A model generated the notes under the pieces. It saw only the letters and a program-made list of their open reading frames with translations. It was not told the origin of the DNA and ran no database searches. A stretch of DNA of 64,000 bases from Acidobacteriota bacterium. Lineage in GTDB: Bacteria > Acidobacteriota > Vicinamibacteria > Vicinamibacterales > UBA2999. Made by a program: the position numbers and the translations under genes. The DNA is taken from NCBI GenBank assembly GCA_046727855.1, contig JBKPDL010000068.1:2216-66215 (forward strand), read 5' to 3'. Shown piece after piece: positions 38,471-45,436 of the stretch (the stretch's first letter is position 1; every line of letters starts with the position of its first letter).

Positions 38471-39133
38471 ATGGCCCTCCTTTCTGCTCAGGATGCCCAG
38501 GTCCTGACCGAGCACCTGTCGCCGATTCAGAAGCGCGTCACCCTCGTGCTCTTCACCCAAACGATCGGCGGATCCGAAAGTGGTCCAGTCGCCAGGCAAG
38601 TGCTCGATGAGCTCGCCACGCTCAACGACCAGGTCGAAGTGGTGGAAAAGAACTTCATCCTCGATCTCGACGATCGCGCGAAGTACGGTGTCGACAAGTC
38701 TCCCGCGATCGTGGTTTTGTCGGACGGCGACGACACGCGCATGCGGTTTTTCGGCGCGCCCACCGGCTACGAGTTCGTTCCGCTCGTCGAGGCGGTGCTC
38801 CTGGCAGGAACGGGCCATCTCGAGCTCCAGGGCGAGACCAAGGCGTTGCTCGCCACGGTCGCCAAGCCGATGCATTTGCAGGTGTTCTCCACACCCACGT
38901 GACCGCATTGCCCCAGGGCGGTCGTCCTGGCGCACAAAATGGCGTACGCGAATCCGCACATCACCGCTTCGGCGGTCGAGGCCACGGAGTTCATGGAACT
39001 CACGCGCCGCTATCGCGTCACCGGCGTTCCCAAAACCATCGTCAACGACGACGTCGAGATTCTTGGCGCGCTGCCTGAGGAAATGTTCGTCCGGGCGGCG
39101 CTGCAAATCCCCGAAGACCAGCCGTCCGCATAG
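38471..39133 (+). CDS. two-thioredoxin-fold glutaredoxin-like / protein-disulfide-oxidoreductase-like protein with in-frame TGA (probable selenocysteine, U-P-H-C motif)
   Basis: ORFs 38471..38902 and 38939..39133 share a frame (offset 468 nt). The only stop between them is TGA 38900..38902. The joined product reads ...HLQVFSTPT-U-PHCPRAVVLAHKMAYANPHITASAVEATEFMELTRRYRVTGVPKTIVNDDVEILGALPEEMF. The TGA aligns with the first Cys of the CPxC motif of PDO-type proteins. See the SECIS candidate feature. Confidence 0.65.
38910..38933 (+). promoter_or_regulatory. candidate bacterial SECIS hairpin 8 nt downstream of the in-frame TGA
   Basis: GCCCCAGG (38910-17) pairs with CCTGGCGC (38926-33): 7 base pairs and one C.C mismatch. 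The apical loop GCGGUCGU contains GGUC. An alternative, mutually exclusive hairpin is GACCGC (38901-06) / GCGGTC (38918-23), which includes part of the UGA. Confidence 0.45.
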
Positions 39134-39135
39134 AA

Positions 39136-39157
39136 TGACCTCCCGAACGGGAGGTCA
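39136..39157 (+). terminator. 9-bp hairpin after the selenoprotein gene that also sequesters the next gene's Shine-Dalgarno
   Basis: TGACCTCCC-GAAC-GGGAGGTCA. The 3' arm GGGAGG is the only SD-like sequence ahead of ATG 39159. No U-tract is present. Confidence 0.4.
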
Positions 39158-39158
39158 C

Positions 39159-39576
39159 ATGCGCCGCGCCTTTCTCGCTATTGCGTGCTTTCTACTGGCA
39201 GTTGCTGCCAACGCACAGCCATCCGGCAAGCGCGTTTACATTTCGGTTGATCTCGAAGGTATCAGCGGCGTCAACGGCGACGACCAGACGTCGGCCGGAC
39301 AGCCTGAGTACGGACGCGCGCGAAAACTCATGGCCGAAGACGCCAACGCGGCGATTCGCGGCGCGTTCGACGGCGGCGGCAAAGAAAACAGCGCCGCAGC
39401 GTACCGGTCCGTATCGCGTGACGATTCAATATCGCAACTTCACGTTTACCGAGGTGGCAGGCGCGTTCAAGGAAATCGAGGTCGTCGCACCCGACACACT
39501 CAGGTTTGCGCGTGACACGATGCCGGAAGCGTATCGCCTCATTCGCGTGCTCTATCGCTTCATCAACCCGGATTAG
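39159..39576 (+). pseudogene. remnant of an M55 (DppA-type D-aminopeptidase) gene with an internal deletion and frameshift
   Basis: The frame starting at ATG 39159 gives MRRAFLAIACFLLAVAANAQPSGKRVYISVDLEGISGVNGDDQTSAGQPEYGRARKLMAEDANAAIRGAFDGGGKE, an M55-like N-terminus (YISxDxEGxxGV). It then becomes Arg-rich nonsense. A different frame (ORF 39181..39576) ends with PYRVTIQYRNFTFTEVAGAFKEIEVVAPDTLRFARDTMPEAYRLIRVLYRFINPD, which looks like the M55 C-terminus. The total of about 418 nt is roughly half of what I expect for this family. The junction lies near 39385..39410. Confidence 0.5.
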
Positions 39577-39584
39577 ACTTCTAC

Positions 39585-39606
39585 GGATCGATGAGTTGAT
39601 CGATCC
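39585..39606. terminator. 8-bp hairpin between convergent genes (M55 remnant / NUDIX)
   Basis: GGATCGAT-GAGTTG-ATCGATCC. Confidence 0.35.
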
Positions 39607-39612
39607 GCGGCG

Positions 39613-40338
39613 TCACGCCGGAACCGGCTTCCATCCCTTCCCTTCCTCGAGAACGAAGCGCGTGTCTTCCGGGACGTCCCACCCCGGAATCGTGGGATAG
39701 AGCGGATCGCCCGGCAGCGTCAGCATCCGTCGATTGCCGCTCTGGTTGAATTGCGGCTGCACGCGTACGACACGCGTGCGACGCGCCCAGTCGAGCACCT
39801 CGGCGATCGATTGCAACCGCGCGAGCCGCCGCAGTGTCGTCCACGTCGGCGGCGGCAGCACGATCTCGCCACGGCGACAGCGCTCGATCGCGGCCGACGG
39901 ACCTCCCCACACGAGCTCAGTTGTCTCGCTCTCGTCGTGCCGCGCGACCTGGCCGTCGGGCATGAGCGCGAGAAAGAAGCGCGTGTCGTAGCGGCGGGTT
40001 TCGATCTCGGGTGTGACCCAGTGCGCGATCGGAAGCAAATCGTCCGGCGCGAGCGTGACAGCTGCTTCCTCTTGCGTCTCTCGGACGGCGGCAATGCGGT
40101 ACGCGAGTTCCTCGTCGCCGGCCGCGAGCGCACGATCGCTGTCATCGACGCGGCCTCCTGGAAATACGTAGGCGCCGCCCATAAATGTGACGCTGTCGTG
40201 CCGTCGCACGAGGAGGACTTCCAGATTCTGCGACGCGGGCTCGCGCACGAGCACCACGGTTGAAGCGGGACGTGCGGGGACCGGGTTCATCTGTCTTCGT
40301 GTTCCTAGCATATGGCACCCAGGCCGCTCTCGCATCAC
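39613..40338 (-). CDS. NUDIX hydrolase
   Basis: The Nudix box reads GGRVDDSDRALAAGDEELAYRIAAVRETQEEAAV (Gx5Ex7REUxEExGU-like). The start is ambiguous: GTG 40338, or ATG at 40335, 40311 or 40290. Confidence 0.75.
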   Translation of the reverse strand: MMRERPGCHMLGTRRQMNPVPARPASTVVLVREPASQNLEVLLVRRHDSVTFMGGAYVFPGGRVDDSDRALAAGDEELAYRIAAVRETQEEAAVTLAPDDLLPIAHWVTPEIETRRYDTRFFLALMPDGQVARHDESETTELVWGGPSAAIERCRRGEIVLPPPTWTTLRRLARLQSIAEVLDWARRTRVVRVQPQFNQSGNRRMLTLPGDPLYPTIPGWDVPEDTRFVLEEGKGWKPVPA

Positions 40339-40368
40339 GCGGTGCGCGATGCCATGTGATCCAAACCG

Positions 40369-41556
40369 TCAACGCACCAAGGTCACGACGGTTTCAATAT
40401 GGGTGGTGTGAGGGAACATATCCACGGGTTGCACCCGCGTCACGCGATAGCCGCTGGCGAGGATCGCCGGCAACTCGCGCGCCAGCGCCTCGGGATTGCA
40501 GGACACGTAGGCGACGCGGGCCGGCCGCATTTCGTTGAACAGTCTGTGGACGACATCCGGCGGGCAACCCGATCGTGGAGGATCGACGACAGCCAGATCC
40601 CACCGCAATCGCGCGTGGCGCGGCAGCGCGTCCTCAACACGTGCCCGGACAAATCGCGCGCGCTGCTCCAGCCGATTCAAGCGCGCGTTTGCCTGGCCGT
40701 CGCGCACGGCTTGCTCGCTTTCTTCGATCGCCGTCACGCGGTGGCCGCGCGCAGCGAGCGGGAGACTGAACAATCCACTGCCGGCGTAGAGATCGATAAC
40801 ATCCAACGGAGTCTCCGGCGGCGCATGCGCAAGTACGAGATCAACGAGTGTTGAAGCGACGACCGCGTTGGTTTGAAAAAACGCTGTGGGCGAGACGAGA
40901 TATGAAATCGGGCCGATGGTCTCACGGACATTCGGGCGGCCGTCAATCCGGAGCGTTTCGCGACCCACCATGTACGGCCCCGGCCTGCTGTGAATATTGA
41001 GAAAGAAGCCGGTCGGACGTTCGGGACCTGCCAGGAAGTTACGAATCGGCTCGCGCAGCCCCTTGTCGTTCCTCGTCACCACGAGCATCGCCACCGCTTC
41101 TGTATCGTCCCGCGTGGTGCGCACTAGGAGATGGCGAAGCACACCGCGAAGATCCGGCCCCGCGGCCGCGATGCGCGCGCGAGCGAGATCGGCATGAAGA
41201 GCAAACGCAATCCGGTTCGCGCGATCGGACTGAACCGGGCACTCGACAATGGCGATGACGCGATTCGAACGTGCGGCGTAGTGTCCCAGGATAAGGTGAC
41301 CGTGGCGCTGACCAAAGACGAACGAGGCTTTGTGACGAAAGCGCCACGGCCAGCCCGTTGCGTCAGGTTGCATGCCGACGAGCGGCTGCACCTCCGGCGC
41401 GCGGCCGCCGAGCGATGCGTGCAGCAGTTCCGCGACACGATCGCGTTTGCGCGCGAGTTGCGTGGCGTAGGGAAGGTTTTGCCAATCGCATCCGCCGCAG
41501 GGGCCGAAGTGTTCGCAGAGCGCGGGGCTACTTGGCTTCGACCAGCTCAACGTCAA
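40369..41556 (-). CDS. RumA/RlmD-type 23S rRNA (uracil-C5)-methyltransferase family protein
   Basis: N-terminal 4Fe-4S motif CEHFGPCGGCDWQ. SAM-MTase motif VIDLYAGSGLFSLPLA. C-terminal YVSCNPEALARE ... VQPVDMFPHTTHIE. Only TTG starts are available (41556 or 41550), both overlapping the FKBP gene end, so the start is uncertain. Confidence 0.8.
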   Translation of the reverse strand: MTLSWSKPSSPALCEHFGPCGGCDWQNLPYATQLARKRDRVAELLHASLGGRAPEVQPLVGMQPDATGWPWRFRHKASFVFGQRHGHLILGHYAARSNRVIAIVECPVQSDRANRIAFALHADLARARIAAAGPDLRGVLRHLLVRTTRDDTEAVAMLVVTRNDKGLREPIRNFLAGPERPTGFFLNIHSRPGPYMVGRETLRIDGRPNVRETIGPISYLVSPTAFFQTNAVVASTLVDLVLAHAPPETPLDVIDLYAGSGLFSLPLAARGHRVTAIEESEQAVRDGQANARLNRLEQRARFVRARVEDALPRHARLRWDLAVVDPPRSGCPPDVVHRLFNEMRPARVAYVSCNPEALARELPAILASGYRVTRVQPVDMFPHTTHIETVVTLVR

Positions 41557-41974
41557 AGATCAGCGTCGCGTTGGGCGGAATCTGCCCCGCGGCGCCTTGC
41601 GGACCGTATCCTAACGCCGGCGGAATGATCAGCGTGCGCGCGCCGCCTGCTTTCATGCCGACGACGCCCTCGTCCCAGCCGGGAATGACTTCGCCATCAC
41701 CAAGCCTGAAGGTGAACGGGTCCTTGCCGCGAGAGCTGTCGAACTGCTCGCCCTTCCGATCGGCTGCGTTGGTGTCGTAGAGCCACCCGGTGTAATGCAC
41801 CTGGACGTTCATGCCTTTGCGCGCCTCGTTTCCGGTGCCCACCTTCGTGTCGGTCTTCTGGAGAGTGGTGATGCCGGAATCCGGCATCGGCTTATCGGCT
41901 GGATTCGTCGAAGGGGAGCCGCTGCAGCCGACCGCAACAAAAACGAGCACCAAGAAGAGCGCGAAGCGTGTCAC
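41528..41974 (-). CDS. FKBP-type peptidyl-prolyl cis-trans isomerase lipoprotein
   Basis: 148 aa with lipobox VFVAVGCSG. The canonical FKBP core reads VHYTGWLYD...FDSS...PFTFRLGDGEVIPGWDEGVVGMKAGGARTLIIPPALGYG. Confidence 0.9.
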   Translation of the reverse strand: MTRFALFLVLVFVAVGCSGSPSTNPADKPMPDSGITTLQKTDTKVGTGNEARKGMNVQVHYTGWLYDTNAADRKGEQFDSSRGKDPFTFRLGDGEVIPGWDEGVVGMKAGGARTLIIPPALGYGPQGAAGQIPPNATLIFDVELVEAK

Positions 41975-42013
41975 ACGCGGAAATTACCACAAAAACGCCA
42001 GCCGTCCGGGAGT

Positions 42014-42173
42014 TACGATTTTTCGTAGAACTGGCCCTTTCGCAAAGTTCGCCACCTTTTGGACCTGGCAACCCCAACCGCTGTTTCGCGCCGCAAAAGA
42101 AGGGGAACCCGCCCCTGTTACGAGTTTTCGTAGCGTTTCGTTTCGTGGGCGACCTGGGCGACGAAATATCGTA
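42014..42173. promoter_or_regulatory. three TACGA-N4-TCGTA palindromes in the FKBP / GAF-HTH intergenic region
   Basis: Site 1: TACGAttttTCGTA, 42014..42027. Site 2: TACGAgtttTCGTA, 42119..42132. Site 3 (degenerate): gACGAaataTCGTA, 42160..42173. Sites 1 and 2 also share flanks (GTTACGA...TCGTAG) and are 105 bp apart. Site 3 ends 13 nt before the GTG 42186 start. Confidence 0.45.
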
Positions 42174-42185
42174 AAGTTTGCCGTT

Positions 42186-42884
42186 GTGCAGAACAACTTC
42201 CCTTCGCTTTTTCGCGCCATCGTGCGGGCAAAGTCTATTCACGACCTCGCACAGTCCTTTACGACTCACATCGCAGCAGGGAGGTCCATTGCTCTCGTCC
42301 GGGTCTGGCTCAAAAACGGAGTCGGTTCTCTCGAACTGATGGCAAGTGCCGGAACGCCCAGCGGCGGCGGCAGCTATACTCGCCTCGATGGCGAGTTCCG
42401 CGAGATGGCGGTGGCCGACTCCAGAGTCGCATGCATCGCTGACGCACGGGAGCCGTTTATCGTGCGCGGCATCCGCGGTGACGAAGACTGGCTCACCAAT
42501 CCAGGGTGGGTCGCACGCCAGAGCGTGCGCGCATTCATCGGCGTTCCGATCGTTGAGGACGGCGAAGCGATCGGCGCCCTAGCGGCGTTCGATCGCGAAA
42601 TGCCTTCCGACGAGCAACTCGCGAACATTCAGCTTGCGGTCGATCTTGCCGCCTCGCGCGTTGTCGATCTCAGCGCTCGAGCGATCCCACCGCCTGTGCC
42701 TCCGCCGCCGATCACGATCGTGACACGCGCCGAGGTGCGCCGGCTCGAAAGGGCGAACATCGAGGCCGCGCTCGCGGCAACGCGCGGCAAGATTTTTGGT
42801 GACGATGGCGCTGCTCGGCTGCTGGGCATGCGCCCGACGACTCTCGCGTCCCGAATAAAGGCGCTTGGAATATTTCGCCGATGA
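42186..42884 (+). CDS. GAF-domain protein with a C-terminal Fis-type helix-turn-helix (no AAA+ domain)
   Basis: The ORF-track start (41811) lies antisense inside the FKBP gene. The first usable in-frame start after it is GTG 42186 (another is GTG near 42219). The GAF-like part contains PFIVRGIRGDEDWLTNPGWVARQSVRAFIGVPIVEDGEAIGALAAF. The Fis-HTH part reads IEAALAATRGKIFGDDGAARLLGMRPTTLASRIKALGI. Confidence 0.65.
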   Translation: MQNNFPSLFRAIVRAKSIHDLAQSFTTHIAAGRSIALVRVWLKNGVGSLELMASAGTPSGGGSYTRLDGEFREMAVADSRVACIADAREPFIVRGIRGDEDWLTNPGWVARQSVRAFIGVPIVEDGEAIGALAAFDREMPSDEQLANIQLAVDLAASRVVDLSARAIPPPVPPPPITIVTRAEVRRLERANIEAALAATRGKIFGDDGAARLLGMRPTTLASRIKALGIFRR

Positions 42885-43096
42885 AAAGCGAATGACACCG
42901 AGAACATCAGATACTTTGCCAGCGCGGCCGCGGGTGAAGCCGCCGGCTTTCGGCCGTGTCTGCGGTGTCGACCCGAAGCGTCTCCTGGCAGCCCTGCGTG
43001 GTTTGGCACCTCTGGGGTTGTGTCACGTGCGCTGCGCTTGATCAGCGCCGGTGCGCTCGACGACGGCGTCGAGGCGGTTGTGGAGGGAGGATACCG

Positions 43097-43525
43097 ATGC
43101 CAACCTTATTGAACCTTCGAACGGTCGCCGCCGCCAGTCTCATCGCGCTTCTGCCGCTGACCGTGAGCGGTGACCAGCCGGCCGAGACTCGAGTGGTCGA
43201 AATCCGCGCCTACAACCTGAAACCCGGCACGCGCGATCGCTTTCACTCGTTGTTTGTCAGCCAGGGGCTCCCGATGCTCAAGCGCTGGAACGTTGACGTC
43301 GTTTCGTACGGGCCATCGCCCCACGACGCGAATTCATATTTCCTGATGCGTGGATATCCGAGCCTGGAGGAGCGCCAGAAAAGCGAGGACGCGTTCTACG
43401 GAAGCGAGGAATGGATCAAGGGACCGCGGGAGGCGATTCTCGCCTGCATTGAAAGCTACGCGACAATCGTGATTCCCGTCGACGCGGCGACGTTGCACGG
43501 ACTTAGAAACACACGCCGCGAATAA
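43097..43525 (+). CDS. NIPSNAP-family (dimeric alpha/beta barrel) protein with a signal peptide
   Basis: ATG 43097 is preceded by GGAGGGAGG. 142 aa containing VVEIRAYNLKPGTRDRFHSLF...YFLMRGYPSLEERQKSEDAFYGSEEW. Confidence 0.65.
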   Translation: MPTLLNLRTVAAASLIALLPLTVSGDQPAETRVVEIRAYNLKPGTRDRFHSLFVSQGLPMLKRWNVDVVSYGPSPHDANSYFLMRGYPSLEERQKSEDAFYGSEEWIKGPREAILACIESYATIVIPVDAATLHGLRNTRRE

Positions 43526-43560
43526 GCACAGCCGCTGGTCTGCGCTATGCTCGTTCGGAT

Positions 43561-44070
43561 ATGAAACTTACCGAAGTCTTTCTCGCCGAGCTGGACCGCG
43601 AAGCCGAGCGCTCGCGTCGAGCGCTTCAACTGGTACCCGAAGGCAACTACGACTGGAAGCCGCACGATAAATCCATGGCGTTCGGCTATCTCACCGAGAT
43701 GGTCGCGATGATGCCGTCCTGGATTGGCTTCATCATCAATCAAAACGAGCTCGACCTGAATCCGCCCGGCGGATCGCAGAACAGGCCGGCGCCCATGCAC
43801 ACGGCCGCGGAGCTGCTCAAAGGGCTCGACACGTCGGTAGCAAGCGGGCGTCAGGCGCTGCAGAGCACGAACGACGAGTTTCTCAACAGCAACTGGCGGC
43901 TGCTCGTCGGCGGCAACGTCGTGGCCGAAGCGCCGCGTCACGTAATGATGCGCGATCTGATCAACCACATGGCGCATCACCGGGGACAGATGACCGTGTA
44001 CCTCCGCCTGATGGGCGCGACGGTGCCCGCGCTCTACGGTCCCTCGGCAGACGACAAGCGTTTCGTGTAA
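43561..44070 (+). CDS. DinB-family (DinB_2) four-helix-bundle metalloprotein
   Basis: 169 aa. MKLTEVFLAELDREAERSRRAL ... INHMAHHRGQMTVYLRLMG is typical of DinB. Confidence 0.75.
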   Translation: MKLTEVFLAELDREAERSRRALQLVPEGNYDWKPHDKSMAFGYLTEMVAMMPSWIGFIINQNELDLNPPGGSQNRPAPMHTAAELLKGLDTSVASGRQALQSTNDEFLNSNWRLLVGGNVVAEAPRHVMMRDLINHMAHHRGQMTVYLRLMGATVPALYGPSADDKRFV

Positions 44071-44076
44071 TCAGGG

Positions 44077-45177
44077 TCAGAAGCGGATGATGCCTCTTCC
44101 GCCTTCTGCATCGCCGAGTGCGCGGAGTGCGTCGTTCACTTGATCGATTGTGTAGGTGCGCGTCGCGATCTCACGCAATTTGAGTTTGCCCTGCTGGTAC
44201 AGCGCCGCGAGCTGCGGGATATCGCGAAGCGGCTGACCGGATCCATAGGCGGATCCGATCAGCCGCTTCTCCTGCATGACGAACGGAAACATCGGCAGCG
44301 ACGCGCGCCCATCCACGCGCGATAGTCCGGTGATCACCACTGTGCCGCCCTTTCGCGCGGCGGCAACAGCGTCGGTAATCGTCTCTGCCGTTCCGACGGT
44401 ATCGATCACGTAATCTGCGCCGCGGCCCGCCGTCCGTTCGCGGATCGCCTCGACGGCCGACCCCGCGATCTGCGCGACGTCGGTCGCACCAAGAGCTTTC
44501 GCGAGCTCCAGCGGCTCTCGCCGGCGATCGGCGGCGACAATGCGCGACGCGCCGGCGATGGCTGCGCCCTGCACGACGTTGAGCCCGACGCCGCCGGCGC
44601 CGATCACTGCCACGGTTGCGCCGGCCGACACCCTGGCTGCATTCAACACGGCGCCCACTCCGGTGACCACGGCACATCCAAGCGCCGCAAGCGCATCGAA
44701 CGGGATCTCGTCGTCGATCCGGATCGCTGCTTCTTGCGGAACCACAACATGCGAGGCAAAACAGGCCGTGCCGAGAAACGGCGCCACGTCTGTCTCTCGC
44801 GCGCGCAGTCGCGTGCCGCCGTCCGGCATCTTGTTACGGTAAGTCGTCTTCTCGAGGCGATCGCAAAGAACTGGCCGGCCCTCGACGCACGAGGGGCACT
44901 TGCCGCAGGCGGGGGCCCAGCACAACACAACACGGTCGCCTGGTTTTAGTTCAGCGACATCGCCGCCGACTTCGCGGACGATGCCCGCGCCTTCGTGTCC
45001 GAGCACCAACGGCACGCGCATGGGCCAGTCGCCGGTGGCCGCGTGCAAATCGCTGTGGCAAACGCCGGCCGCCCTGACCTCGACGAGCACTTCGCCACGC
45101 CCGGGGGGAGCCAGTTCAGCCGATTCGAGCGAAAGTGGGGCACCTTGTTCCCAAAGAATTGCCGCGCGGATTTCCAT
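44077..45177 (-). CDS. Zn-dependent alcohol dehydrogenase (class III / mycothiol- or glutathione-dependent formaldehyde dehydrogenase-like)
   Basis: ATG 45177 gives 366 aa starting MEIRAAILWEQGAPLSLESAELAPPGRGEVLVEVRAAGVCHSDLH...GHEGAGIV. Structural-Zn Cys cluster CGKCPSCVEGRPVLC. Rossmann motif VIGAGGVG. Confidence 0.85.
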   Translation of the reverse strand: MEIRAAILWEQGAPLSLESAELAPPGRGEVLVEVRAAGVCHSDLHAATGDWPMRVPLVLGHEGAGIVREVGGDVAELKPGDRVVLCWAPACGKCPSCVEGRPVLCDRLEKTTYRNKMPDGGTRLRARETDVAPFLGTACFASHVVVPQEAAIRIDDEIPFDALAALGCAVVTGVGAVLNAARVSAGATVAVIGAGGVGLNVVQGAAIAGASRIVAADRRREPLELAKALGATDVAQIAGSAVEAIRERTAGRGADYVIDTVGTAETITDAVAAARKGGTVVITGLSRVDGRASLPMFPFVMQEKRLIGSAYGSGQPLRDIPQLAALYQQGKLKLREIATRTYTIDQVNDALRALGDAEGGRGIIRF

Positions 45178-45305
45178 TGAATGGGACGTCGCCCGTAAAC
45201 TCGCTGACTTAGCAGAATCGTTCAGGGCATTCTCTCTGATGGTGCCCTGCCAATCGTAGCTCGAACCGAGAGCGGGCAATCGTCGTCAGGAACCGGAGCG
45301 AAGGC

Positions 45306-45395
45306 TGGCGGAGAGGAAGGGATTCGAACCCCTGGAAGCCTTTCGACTTCAACGGTTTTCAAGACCGCCGCCTTAAACCACTCGGCCACCTCTCC
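45306..45395 (-). tRNA. tRNA-Ser (anticodon UGA), type II with a long variable arm and encoded CCA
   Basis: The minus strand reads GGAGAGGTGGCCGAGTGGTTTAAGGCGGCGGTCTTGAAAACCGTTGAAGTCGAAAGGCTTCCAGGGGTTCGAATCCCTTCCTCTCCGCCA. It folds by hand into a cloverleaf. Acceptor stem GGAGAGG/CCTCTCC. Anticodon stem GCGGT/ACCGT with loop CT-TGA-AA. 18-nt variable arm. T-arm AGGGG-TTCGAAT-CCCTT. Confidence 0.95.
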
Positions 45396-45436
45396 GGCTA
45401 CTTTTCAGCTTAGCGCACATCTGCAGGGAGCTCCGC

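Noticed and set aside
38900-38902. TGA as a simple nonsense mutation (pseudogene) rather than Sec
   Set aside because: This is not fully rejected and is kept as the main alternative. It is disfavoured for three reasons. The downstream 76 codons remain open and well conserved in pattern. The stop is exactly at the redox Cys. A GGUC-loop hairpin follows at an appropriate distance.
38580-39158. 311-aa ORF 38580..39515 spanning the thioredoxin-fold gene
   Set aside because: Its first 193 residues are Ser/Arg-rich out-of-frame sequence over the selenoprotein gene. Only the portion from ATG 39159 (the M55-like N-terminus) is meaningful.
42885-43096. Riboswitch or sRNA in the 212-nt gap before the NIPSNAP gene
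   Set aside because: I recognise no conserved riboswitch core. There are only short GC palindromes (AAGCCG-C-CGGCTT) and a strong SD (GGAGGGAGG).
45306-45395. Could this tRNA be tRNA-Sec (selC), supporting the selenoprotein call?
   Set aside because: The anticodon loop is CT-TGA-AA, so the anticodon is UGA, which reads UCA (Ser), not UCA, which reads UGA. The acceptor stem is a standard 7 bp and the structure is an ordinary type II tRNA-Ser. It gives no evidence for or against Sec usage.
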